A stretch of 64,000 bases of DNA from Gammaproteobacteria bacterium (lineage in GTDB: Bacteria; Pseudomonadota; Gammaproteobacteria; Steroidobacterales; Foliamicaceae). A program made the position numbers and the translations under genes. Each line of letters opens with the position of its first letter. Position 1 is the stretch's first letter. The stretch covers positions 642 to 64,641 of the forward strand of contig JAPOTY010000015.1 of the NCBI GenBank assembly GCA_026708965.1, in the 5' to 3' direction. Shown here piece by piece: positions 1-10,463 of the stretch. The notes beneath the pieces are model-generated. The model saw only the letters and a program-made list of their open reading frames with translations. It did no database searches and was not told the origin of the DNA.

Positions 1-26
1 GCCGATGCCGATTGAGTCGGTGCTGG

Positions 27-102
27 TGGTGGAGCCAACCGGAGTCGAACCGGCGACCTCCTGCGTGCAAGGCAGGCGCTCTCCCATCTGAGCTATGGCC
101 CC
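27..102 (-). tRNA. tRNA-Ala(TGC)
   Basis: Reverse complement reads GGGGCC...TTGCAC anticodon loop...GGTTCGACT T-loop...CCACCA; 76 nt; lies in the 16S-23S spacer. Confidence 0.97.
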
Positions 103-211
103 GACTGCTTGTCGAAAACACGAAGGCCCGCCGCTACCGCACGTGCTCTCGTTTCATTCGGCAATGCATGCGGAGCACCATTCCGATACCGCACCATCGG
201 CACTTCGTATG

Positions 212-288
<77 letters not shown>

Positions 289-365
289 GCTACCGACAAA
301 CCGGCGAAGTTAAGTCAGGCAAGTTGTGTGGGCGCTTGCAAGGAAGCAAACATCCGGAGGCATGA

Positions 366-1907
<1,542 letters not shown>

Positions 1908-2103
1908 AAGTATCTTTTGAGCTTGAGTCCTGTGCTGTTATGTATTGTGTACATGTACACAGGTCTCTCGCGCGGCCCCGTTAGGGCCCGGAACGCGAGT
2001 TCCCACACACAAACTTGTCGCCTGTTGAAAAAGAACCGCCGCCCGCGTCTTCGCTGAAGATTATTGCCGAGCGGCAAGCCGGACTCACCCGGCAGGACTG
2101 CGA

Positions 2104-2131
2104 ATTATAGTCCAGCCGCCCGCCCCGTCAA
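2104..2131 (-). promoter_or_regulatory. rrn sigma70 promoter
   Basis: Minus strand TTGACG-16 bp-TATAAT, the spacing typical of rRNA promoters; a boxA-like GTTCTTTTTCAACA lies downstream near 2023-2036. Confidence 0.85.
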
Positions 2132-2328
2132 GCGCCTTGCACGGGTTCACGACATAATGGGGCTGTTCGTGCTTGGTTGGCCTTTGATTTGGGGCGGCGC
2201 CGCCATCCGCAACAGGAGATCAAGGCCGGGCGCATTGTTGCCGCATAGATCGCGGCAAAGGCGGCGCTTCGCTTACAGGAGCCTCAAACCAGCGCGAAAC
2301 GGCTGCCGTGATTAGCCGCGCGGGCGCC

Positions 2329-2841
2329 TCAAGCCGCGAGGGTTTCGATCACGTCGCCCTTGCGCTGCAGCACCGTCACGCCCTGGGCCAGGGCCGCCTT
2401 CTTGAGATCGTCATGGATGTGGAAAGCGGCCAAGGCGAACCGCTGCCGACGGCTGGCGTGCTCGGGAAACAAGCGCCGGAAATTGGGCGCCTTCTCGTTC
2501 AGCAAGCGCTCGAGGTCGTTCTCGTGCGCCTTGTGCTTCACCTCCACCACGAACACCTCCCGACCGTTCACCAGCAGCAGGTCGAACTCGTCCTCCAAGC
2601 CGCCATGGCTGCGCGTGACGTTCTTGTCCATGAAGTCGAAGCGCATCCCCGCCAGCACCGGATTGGCCTTGAGGCTGTTGTGGTAGAACTCCTCGGCCGC
2701 CGCGCCCAGGCTGTTCCCCACGCCGCCGTACATCGCCGCCAGCTTGTCAATCTTGGCGGCGGTCTTCGCCAGCTTGGCGTCGGTGCGGTCCTGCGCGACG
2801 GCCAAGCCAGCAACCAGCGATTTCAGTTCCTTGTCGTTCAT
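2329..2841 (-). CDS. Short coiled-coil plus PD-(D/E)XK nuclease-fold protein (DUF3782-like)
   Basis: ATG 2841 preceded by AAGGAGGT; motifs EFDLLLVN...VVEVK; N-terminal heptad-like stretch. Confidence 0.7.
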   Translation of the reverse strand: MNDKELKSLVAGLAVAQDRTDAKLAKTAAKIDKLAAMYGGVGNSLGAAAEEFYHNSLKANPVLAGMRFDFMDKNVTRSHGGLEDEFDLLLVNGREVFVVEVKHKAHENDLERLLNEKAPNFRRLFPEHASRRQRFALAAFHIHDDLKKAALAQGVTVLQRKGDVIETLAA

Positions 2842-3110
2842 GGAGCAAACCTCCTTGCGGCTCGAAGGCCCAAGTATATACCGATCGGCGTTCGCGCCAA
2901 CCTCGGTTGGTCCTGCGGGAAGCAGCAGCGAACACGGCGCTTGGCCCAGCGCCCGAACTCCGCCGGAGGCCATGCCGCCCTTGAAATCAGGAAACCTTCT
3001 CGGGACCAACATACAAGGAAATCCCGCTTCCGGAACGGCTCGAATTAACGGGGAACAGACAATCTGGATTTATTTGCCGAAACCAACCTCTTCCATATTC
3101 CGATAATTTG

Positions 3111-3179
3111 CCCGTTAAATTTTCTATAAATCACCCTTTATTTTTTCTATAAATAACCCGTTAAACCTTTCAATCAATG
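3111..3179. repeat. AT-rich 23-bp tandem direct repeat, 3 units (a degenerate 4th at 3088-3110)
   Basis: cccgttaaattttctataaatca / ccctttattttttctataaataa / cccgttaaacctttcaatcaatg; units 1 and 2 match at 19/23. Confidence 0.8.
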
Positions 3180-3224
3180 TGGCGCAGGGCTATTGTTGAT
3201 GCGGCCTTGATGATGCTGGCGCTT

Positions 3225-4487
3225 ATGGATGCGAATTACCTCAAGAGAATCGTTGACGCGGAACTGTCCAAATTGCTGGGCGCATCCGGCGCCGTCCTTA
3301 TTGAAGGCGCCAAGGCGTCGGGCAAGACAGCCACCGCGCTTCGGGCAGCCAGCAGCGGCGTGATGCTGGACGTGGACGACAACGCCCGCCAAATGGCCAG
3401 CCTGGAACCCGCCATGGTGCTGGCCGGGAATACGCCCCGCCTTATTGACGAATGGCAGATTGAGCCTTCCATCTGGAACCATGTGAGGCGGGAGGCGGAC
3501 CGGCGTTCACACCCCGGCCAGTTCATCCTGACCGGCTCCGCCGTGCCTGCCGACGACGCATCGCGGCACACCGGCGCGGGACGCTTCACGCGCCTGCGCA
3601 TGCGCCCGCTCTCGCTCTACGAGGCGGGTCGCTCCTCAGGCGAAATTTCCTTGGGAGGCCTTCTGGATGGCCGCGGCCAGCGGGCGGAACGCAGCGAACT
3701 TTCCATTGCCTCGGCAGCGGAACTCATCTGCGCCGGGGGCTGGCCGGGCAATATCGGAAAGCCCCTCTCTGCGGCATTGCGGGTGAACCGCGGATACGTT
3801 GACGAGATATGCCGCGCCGACCTGTCAAGAGTGAGCGGAAAAAGAAGGGATCCGATCAAGGTGGAGCGGCTGGTTCGCTCGTTGGCCCGCAACATTGCAA
3901 CTCCCGTGGCCGCTTCCACGCTCGCCGCCGATGTCGGCGGCAGCGGCAGTGGCAACGGGCTGAAACGGGATACCGCCGCCGAGTACCTGGAAGACCTGGA
4001 ACGGCTCATGGTGGTGGAAAACCAGCCCGCGTGGGGCGAGCATCTGCGATCCCGGGCTACTCTCCGAACCACGCCGGTCAGGCACTTCGTGGATCCGTCA
4101 ATCGCGGTGGCCGCGCTTCGCGCCTCGCCGGAAAGCCTGCTGCGCGATCTTCAGTTTCTGGGCTTCCTTTTCGAGTCCATGGCGGTCCGCGACCTTCGGA
4201 TCTACGCGCAGGCCGCCGACGCGCGCGTCTATCACTACCGCGAACAGGACGGCCTGGAAGTCGATGCGATTGTTGAGGCGGCGGACGGGCACTGGGCTGC
4301 TTTCGAGATCAAGCTGGGCGAACGCCGGATCGCCGAAGGCGCCAAAAGCCTTCGGAGGCTGGCCGAACGCGCGAGGGGGAGCGGCCACGAGCCCCCGGCG
4401 GCATTGGCAGTGATCACGCTGAACGGCTACGGTTTTACCGACGGCAACGAAGTGGGCATTATTCCGATCGGCGCGCTAGGCCCCTAA
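3225..4487 (+). CDS. AAA_14 ATPase with DUF4143 (C-terminal PD-(D/E)XK-like domain)
   Basis: Walker A GAKASGKT, Walker B LIDEWQ, FILTGS, RMRPLSLYE, FVDPSIA, EVDAIVE..AFEIK. Start uncertain (3177-3225). Confidence 0.85.
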   Translation: MDANYLKRIVDAELSKLLGASGAVLIEGAKASGKTATALRAASSGVMLDVDDNARQMASLEPAMVLAGNTPRLIDEWQIEPSIWNHVRREADRRSHPGQFILTGSAVPADDASRHTGAGRFTRLRMRPLSLYEAGRSSGEISLGGLLDGRGQRAERSELSIASAAELICAGGWPGNIGKPLSAALRVNRGYVDEICRADLSRVSGKRRDPIKVERLVRSLARNIATPVAASTLAADVGGSGSGNGLKRDTAAEYLEDLERLMVVENQPAWGEHLRSRATLRTTPVRHFVDPSIAVAALRASPESLLRDLQFLGFLFESMAVRDLRIYAQAADARVYHYREQDGLEVDAIVEAADGHWAAFEIKLGERRIAEGAKSLRRLAERARGSGHEPPAALAVITLNGYGFTDGNEVGIIPIGALGP

Positions 4488-4734
4488 CTCGAATATCCCG
4501 CCAGCATTCCGAGCAGCGGAAAACCCTGCGGAGAAAAAGCGCTTCGCCCCCGCCCCGTCAGCGCGGGAAAAACCCCTCCATCACACCCGGTTCCAGTCCC
4601 GCATGTGCTTGAACCAGCACACAGAATCTAAGGAAATGTCTCTGTTTTGTGAAAAGGGGCATTACTAGCCGCTTTGGGCTAAAGAAAATACTTTTGGGTA
4701 TGCTTTTCGGCATACTGCCAGCGGGAGAGACGCT

Positions 4735-5457
4735 ATGAGAATCCAAGAGAGCCGAAGGCTTGCACCCTTGGCCATTGCAGCCATGCTGGCTTTGCCGCTG
4801 ATTGGCACCCACAGTGCAGCCGCGCTCGATCTGCCCGAAGCAAAAAAATGGGAATGCCGGGATTTCGTGGGAAATGACGGAAGGGTCCTTATAACGCTTT
4901 GGCATCCGGTTGCGATTCAGCCGGAAGGAAGCGGATACATACGCTTGGAAGATGTAGGAGCCTCTTTTCCTACCGCATTCAGGTTGGACGGACTATCACT
5001 GCGCTGGAACTGGGACTTAGGCGAAGATGGCGCTTGGGAGCATTCTTTCGTGATAGAACCGGACGGGATAGGAAAAACTTATGATTTCTCCGGTGCCGAG
5101 GTGGGCGAGAAGGTTTCTGCAAAGGACGTTTACAGGTGCAAGCAAGTCAAGCAAGTATCGAGGAAATCCGCGCTGGAGACAGCAATGCTTGAGGCGGCGT
5201 TGAATGGCAGCTGGGCTGGAGTGAAGCTTGCTCTCGAAGCTGGCGCTGATGTGAACGCGAAGAGGGCATCGAGCGGATGGACGGCGCTGATAAGCGCGGC
5301 GTTTGGAGGCCATGTGGAGATCGCGAAGCTGCTGCTTGACGCGGACGCAGACGTGAATGCGAAGGACAAGTACGGACGGACGGCACTGATGTTGGCGGTG
5401 AAGTATGAGAAGGCGGATATGGTGAGGCTGCTGAAGGAGGCAGGCGCGAAGGAATAG
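4735..5457 (+). CDS. Secreted ankyrin-repeat protein
   Basis: Sec-type signal peptide; C-terminal repeats AGADVNA..GWTALISAAFGGHVEIAKLLLDADADVNAKDKYGRTALMLA. Confidence 0.85.
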   Translation: MRIQESRRLAPLAIAAMLALPLIGTHSAAALDLPEAKKWECRDFVGNDGRVLITLWHPVAIQPEGSGYIRLEDVGASFPTAFRLDGLSLRWNWDLGEDGAWEHSFVIEPDGIGKTYDFSGAEVGEKVSAKDVYRCKQVKQVSRKSALETAMLEAALNGSWAGVKLALEAGADVNAKRASSGWTALISAAFGGHVEIAKLLLDADADVNAKDKYGRTALMLAVKYEKADMVRLLKEAGAKE

Positions 5458-5556
5458 CGGGGATCCCGGGGAACACGGGCGCTGATTAGAGGTTAGCTAG
5501 ATGTTCGGAAGCGTGAGAAACGCGTTCTCCAAACAGCGCAGCAGCTATTCTGCGGC

Positions 5557-6028
5557 GGATAACGTAAATTATTTTTCGCACTTTTCTTAGAGACGGTGGT
5601 CTCGGTCTGGCAGAAATGTTGTTTGGCGACAACCACCAGATCATGAGGAGACCACCATGGAGCAAGATAGCACGAAGGCGTTGGACAAAGTGATTCGGAT
5701 CGACGAGAGGGAGGCACGTGACCACCTGACGAAGCTGGTTCGGGGCACGGTCGAGGAGACTCCGAACGCGCTGCTGGACGAGGGGGAGGGGCTTCATGCA
5801 AGCCCCGACCGGATGTGTCGGGCGCAGCGCTACGAGCGTTCTCCGGAGAGGATCGACACGCGTGCAGGGCATTACTCGCGCAAGCTGCACACCTAGGCCG
5901 GGGAAGTCGAGTTGAAGGTGTCGAAGCTGCGCCGCCAGAAGTTCGGGTCGGCGATCATTGAGGGCTGCCGCCGCCGGGACATTTCGGTTGATGGTGCAAT
6001 CGTGCAGATGCACTAGGCCACCGTGTCG
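5557..6028 (+). mobile_element. IS256-family element remnant (left end plus truncated transposase pseudogene)
   Basis: Probable terminal sequence ggataacgtaaattatttttcgcac; ORF from 5657 reads RYERSPERIDTRAGHYSRKLHT*AGEVELKVSKLRRQ..; in-frame stops at 5894 and ~6014; homology ends near 6028. Confidence 0.85.
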
Positions 6029-6089
6029 GCGCCAAGGGACCGGTCAACGTGATTCCAAACTCCTCTCAGGTATGGAATGCCCGCCCCTT

Positions 6090-6401
6090 CTATCGGAAGC
6101 GGTCCCATAGGAAGCTAAGCGCCTGCCTCAATGCCGCATCAACAGAATCTGCGGTAAGGATGGCTGGAATGTCGTATGCAACCCAAGCGTTGCCGATCAT
6201 ACCGCCAGAAGGCTGAGGCGGCTTCCACCGCACGTAGGCGCGCACTTCGTACGTTGGCATATCTCCATGATGGCTCACCATGGCTTCCAACCTTATCGGT
6301 GATGGCGCGCTCTGATTTTTGAGCCAAACCTCAATTACTTTCTCAACGGAGTAAAGCTCCGAGCAAAATGTCTTTGCCACCTCAGCTAGGTATGAGTTCA
6401 T
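6090..6401 (-). CDS. Hypothetical protein (103 aa)
   Basis: ATG 6401 with GGGGAGGG RBS; protein-like composition; lower GC than core genes; no family recognised. Confidence 0.6.
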   Translation of the reverse strand: MNSYLAEVAKTFCSELYSVEKVIEVWLKNQSAPSPIRLEAMVSHHGDMPTYEVRAYVRWKPPQPSGGMIGNAWVAYDIPAILTADSVDAALRQALSFLWDRFR

Positions 6402-6660
6402 TGGGATCGCCCTCCCCTTTAGGTGCCGCCGGTGTGTTTCAATGCGGGGATTATATATTTTGAGGGGCCCAAGCTTATGCTCAAAAGGGAAGGATATGCT
6501 GGCGAGTTCAGGCACATGTGGGACTGGGGGCGGGGGTGACTGAGTCGTTGCTTGTGCCTCGCCAAGGGTGTCGGCCTCGGCTCCAGGACTAGGCCGCCCT
6601 CGAAATCACGAGAGCAGCGCCGACAAACGCTGCTCTTCTGATTGGAAGCGGCGCGCAAAC

Positions 6661-6790
6661 ACCCGATGCGCCTGTTCCGCATAGGTCGCTGCACTCTCTT
6701 TGAGCTTTTGCTGTGTCAGCGTAGGCCGCGCCTTGATGCACCCTGAAGGATCGCCAATCATCCCTGTGAAATCGCCGATCAGGGAAATGA
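6661..6790 (-). pseudogene. Diverged internal fragment of tyrS
   Basis: Ungapped match to 11359-11488 at 106/130 nt by manual count; encodes [35 protein letters not shown]. Confidence 0.9.
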
Positions 6791-7023
6791 CCCAAGGATA
6801 GCTTCTCCAATACAGAAATGAGCCTGATGCGAGATTTGACTTGAGGGAAGCCAGCGGGTACAAAGCGGGAACAATGCACCCTAGCGTCCTGCGGCCCTCT
6901 ACCAAGGTGTCGTAGCATGGTAGGGGAACATTTTGCGATGCGCCGGACAGCAGCTTCGTTGTTCGGCGCATGCCTTTTCCAGACCAGCGTAAACAAAGGC
7001 TGTGGACATGAAGGAACAGGTTT

Positions 7024-7235
7024 ATGGCTAGGTTGGCGATGTTCGTCGATGGCGGCTACATGGCGAAAGTGGGTGCCACATCCCACACTTGGATTGATAT
7101 TGGCAAGCTCTCCAATGAAATCCGCGAGCGGCTTGGGGCGGCAAATTTCGAGCCGTTGGATATTGTCCGCACGTACTACTAAGACTGCCTGCCTTACCAG
7201 AGCAATCCTGCCACGCCCGACGAGGCGAATCGCAC
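7024..7235 (+). pseudogene. NYN-domain protein pseudogene (5' fragment)
   Basis: [12 protein letters not shown]...DIVRTYY*DCLPYQSNPATPDE; TAA at 7180 where homologs usually have Tyr; absent from the ORF track. Confidence 0.75.
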
Positions 7236-7398
7236 GCTTGATGCAGGGCCCCCAAGGAATTCATGGCCCTCCGAACAGCATTCGATGCCATCGAGAATTT
7301 GAAGTAACCGAAGATCGCTTGGGCGCTCAGCGCGGCAGCCATCGAAGCAACTGTCGCCATCGCCGTTCGCTTGCAAGAGGAAGCTCGCAAGCTGAATT

Positions 7399-8037
7399 TC
7401 ATTTCCCGAGCGATTCCAAGGCGCGCACCCAAGCGCAGAATCGAGGGCATTCGGCGAGCAGGCGGTCCATGCCCGTGGCCTGAGCCACAAGGGTGCCATC
7501 CCGCACCTTCTGGTAGCCGGGAATTTGCCGCTTGATCCTCTTGCTCGGCGCGGTGCTTGCGTTGTCGTTGATATCCTCCGGCGTGGAAAATTCGCAACGA
7601 ACTCGACGAAGCCCATCAACGGCATCCGCAGTGGCATTGATGGATCTCGCGAATGCATCGACATCCGAGAACAAGAGGCCTTCAAACTCGTGCCTCTGAA
7701 CGTATGGAAGCACTCTGTCCTCTCGCCAATTTGAGGCAAGCCGATCTTTTAGGGCGTTGCCAATCTCCCGCTCCAGTTCCTCACTCGATTTCTCGCCTTT
7801 ACCGCGAAAACCGTAGAAATCCACGAGCGAACTCACGGCATCGAAGTTAGGGAACAATCGGGCCATGTCCCCCGCCAGCCGCTGCGTCGAGACGTTGCCG
7901 CCCTGCGGGCCACGCCTGCCTGCGCCCAGCACAATCGGAGTGGGGTCAACCTCTCTTTCCCGGAGATGGACCGCCAGAACTTTCCTGATAAATTCCTCTT
8001 CGGTTTGCCCTTCCACCGATATTGCGATCCGCATCAC
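7399..8037 (-). CDS. DUF4276 family (TOPRIM-like) protein
   Basis: IAISVEGQTEEEF, LVDFYG, YVQRHEFEGLLFSD, PEDIND..TAPSKR, CPRFCAW; 4-bp overlap with the upstream ATPase. Confidence 0.85.
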   Translation of the reverse strand: MMRIAISVEGQTEEEFIRKVLAVHLREREVDPTPIVLGAGRRGPQGGNVSTQRLAGDMARLFPNFDAVSSLVDFYGFRGKGEKSSEELEREIGNALKDRLASNWREDRVLPYVQRHEFEGLLFSDVDAFARSINATADAVDGLRRVRCEFSTPEDINDNASTAPSKRIKRQIPGYQKVRDGTLVAQATGMDRLLAECPRFCAWVRALESLGK

Positions 8038-9149
8038 GGGCGACCGCCCAGCAAGTTCTTTTGCCAGAGCTCGCCTGCGGTGAAACTGTCATCGCCTTCC
8101 AGCCAGTTGCGATAATCGTCGCGCTCAAGCTGCCTCAATTCGGTGCGTCCCTCGCGCATCTCCAGCACCAGAATCTCATCCAGACTGAATGAATCCACAA
8201 ACAACGGCGACTGCGTAGCCACAATAACTTGCCGCTCCTCCGCCACCGACTTGACCATGCTGCCTATCAGATTCACGGCGGCGGGATGCAGACCGAGCTC
8301 CGGTTCGTCCAAGAGCACCACGCCGCCCAACATCTCCGGGGGCAGATTAAGTAGCGTTACAAGCGCGAAAAACCGCAGCGAACCATCGGAAGTGAGGTGG
8401 GCGCCGAAAGTCTTTTCCGTCCATTTGGCCTTCCAGCGCAATGAGACCTTCCCATAACTTTCCTCTATCGCAAACCGGTCGAACATCGGCAAGACGCGAT
8501 TGATCTGATTGCAGATCAGTTCATACCGCTTGATATCCTCCTGCTCCAATCGATGCAGCACCGCAGCCAAATTCCCGCCGTCCGAACGCAAAAAGTTGCT
8601 ATCGTCCGCGTCCCATCTTTTGTTGAAGTTGGAGAAATCGGACGTATTGTGAAACTGATACACAGCGCAGTTGTTAAGCAAGCTGACGATTACATTCGCC
8701 GTCGTGACAGTGTCGCGCTCTTCAAGGATATTTGCTTCGGTATGCGAACTTCCCAGATATTTCCAAGAGGCCTCTGTTCCCAAGCCAGCCTTGCTGAAAC
8801 GATACTTCTCGTCGGTGAAAACAAACCGATCCGGATGGGCATAAGCGAGAGTGAAGCGATATTCGTTCAAACCCGACTCTGTTCGCATGCCTAATCCCGC
8901 GTCAATGACCGAGGTGCGCTTGCTGCCGCCAAACAACTGATCGTCCGCGCCCCCTTGTTTATGAATAAATTCCTGAAGCTTGCGGGATCTGAGCATCCAG
9001 CTCAACAGATCGAAAAAGCGCATGAAATTGGACTTGCCCGAACCGTTGGCGCCAATCATGACGGCGGCGTTGGGTAGTTGCTCAAGCTTGATGTCCGCCA
9101 AGGACCGAAAGCCTTTGATGCGGATAGACTCGATTTTCGGATAGCTCAT
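8034..9149 (-). CDS. ABC-type (AAA_21-like) ATPase
   Basis: IKGFRSL, Walker A GANGSGKSN, SDGSLR signature, LLDEPELGLHP, ATQSP. Confidence 0.9.
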   Translation of the reverse strand: MSYPKIESIRIKGFRSLADIKLEQLPNAAVMIGANGSGKSNFMRFFDLLSWMLRSRKLQEFIHKQGGADDQLFGGSKRTSVIDAGLGMRTESGLNEYRFTLAYAHPDRFVFTDEKYRFSKAGLGTEASWKYLGSSHTEANILEERDTVTTANVIVSLLNNCAVYQFHNTSDFSNFNKRWDADDSNFLRSDGGNLAAVLHRLEQEDIKRYELICNQINRVLPMFDRFAIEESYGKVSLRWKAKWTEKTFGAHLTSDGSLRFFALVTLLNLPPEMLGGVVLLDEPELGLHPAAVNLIGSMVKSVAEERQVIVATQSPLFVDSFSLDEILVLEMREGRTELRQLERDDYRNWLEGDDSFTAGELWQKNLLGGRP

Positions 9150-9341
9150 CAGTGCCCTTCCGTTTCGTGCAAACGCAGCGCGCTATCGCCGCCGCGCCGG
9201 GGCAACGATGGCGGGCGGCGTTCCCGCAACTGCTGCTCAGGCGCGCTCATGGCGCGAGAATAAACGAAATTCTGCAAAAGCGGGACATGCGCGGCGCTTT
9301 CTGCTATTTTCCACTCCCCCTTCATCCAAAGCCCAAAAGCT

Positions 9342-10265
9342 ATGCCAGTGAGCAAGCATCGATCAAAGAGCGGAGGCAAGAAGAGCAAGGCGGCCGCACG
9401 GGAAAAGCGCAAGCCTTCCTCCGCAAGCTCGCCGTCGGCACCCGACCGCCAAACAACGGAAGCGGCCATAGCCGCGCTCTCCGCCGCCGCCCCGCGCGAC
9501 GAGCCTAAAGACGCGCTTCACCAAGCCCAGGAACTGATATACGACGCCTGGGAAACGCCAAGGGCCGCGCAACGCATCCGATTGGCAAAGCGCGCGCTCA
9601 AGATTTCGGACCTGTGCGCCGATGCTCATTGCCTGCTGGCCGACGACGAGGCCAAAACATTGGTTGAAGCGCGCGGGCATTACGAGCGCGCCCTCGCTGC
9701 CGGAGAGAAGGCGGCGGGGCCGCAAGCCTTCAAAAACGATGCGGGGCACTTCTGGGGAATACTTGACACCCGGCCATACATGCGCGCCCGCATGGCTCTT
9801 GCCGATTGCCTGTGGCAATGCGGCGAGCGCGCCGCCGCCATTGAGCACCTGCAAGACATGCTGCGGCTCAATCCGAACGACAATCAGGGCGTCCGCGACC
9901 CGCTCGCAGCATGGCTGTTGAGTGTGCGCGACCACGACGCGGCGGAGAAATTATTGAAAGCCTATGATGGCGACTACTCCGCCTGCTGGCATTACTCCGT
10001 CACTCTTTTAGCGTTTCGGAAAGGCGACGAAATCGGCTCGCGCCGGTGTCTGAAGAAGGCTTGGGAATTCAACCCGCATGTCCCGGCATTCCTGATCGGG
10101 ACAGTCGCGATACCCCCCGACTCGCCAGGCTACTACTCGCTAAGATCGCCGGACGAAGCGCTCCTTTACGCACAGGAGCACCGGGAAAACTGGGCTTCCA
10201 CCGAAGGCGCCCTGCCGTGGCTGGCCGAGTCCATCCGAACGCTGCCGCCGCCCGAGAAAGATTGA
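9342..10265 (+). CDS. TPR-like helical repeat hypothetical protein
   Basis: AQELIYDAWE, FWGILDTRPYMRAR and LRLNPNDNQGVR motifs of a widespread uncharacterised family. Confidence 0.75.
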   Translation: MPVSKHRSKSGGKKSKAAAREKRKPSSASSPSAPDRQTTEAAIAALSAAAPRDEPKDALHQAQELIYDAWETPRAAQRIRLAKRALKISDLCADAHCLLADDEAKTLVEARGHYERALAAGEKAAGPQAFKNDAGHFWGILDTRPYMRARMALADCLWQCGERAAAIEHLQDMLRLNPNDNQGVRDPLAAWLLSVRDHDAAEKLLKAYDGDYSACWHYSVTLLAFRKGDEIGSRRCLKKAWEFNPHVPAFLIGTVAIPPDSPGYYSLRSPDEALLYAQEHRENWASTEGALPWLAESIRTLPPPEKD

Positions 10266-10463
10266 GCGCTAGCGCAGCGGCCAACTTGGCAGGACTACGA
10301 CCGTTGCCAATCATTAACATTGCATATTAGGCACAAAATGCCGAATTTACAATGTCAAACCAGTCTTTTTACAAAGCGGGGACAAGCGTTTTGCGGGCGC
10401 GAGAGTGTGCCGCCCGGGCGTCAAAAGATATTGCGAAGGCTTAGCGCCGGTGCAATGCACCGG

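Noticed and set aside
1946-2019. Palindrome tgtgtacatgtacaca and complementarity of ~2002-2019 with ~318-334
   Set aside because: Expected rrn leader hairpins and the 16S processing stem.
3088-3179. 23-bp repeats as a CRISPR array
   Set aside because: Units are contiguous with no spacers, and there are no cas genes in the window; kept only as a tandem array.
6606-6971. 121-aa ORF as a functional gene
   Set aside because: Only 44 codons are tyrS-like; the flanks look non-coding and the HIGH and KMSKS motifs are absent.
10290-10380. AT-rich patch with promoter-like hexamers between convergent genes
   Set aside because: No consistent -35/-10 pair pointing at a credible gene; cannot support an sRNA call from sequence alone.
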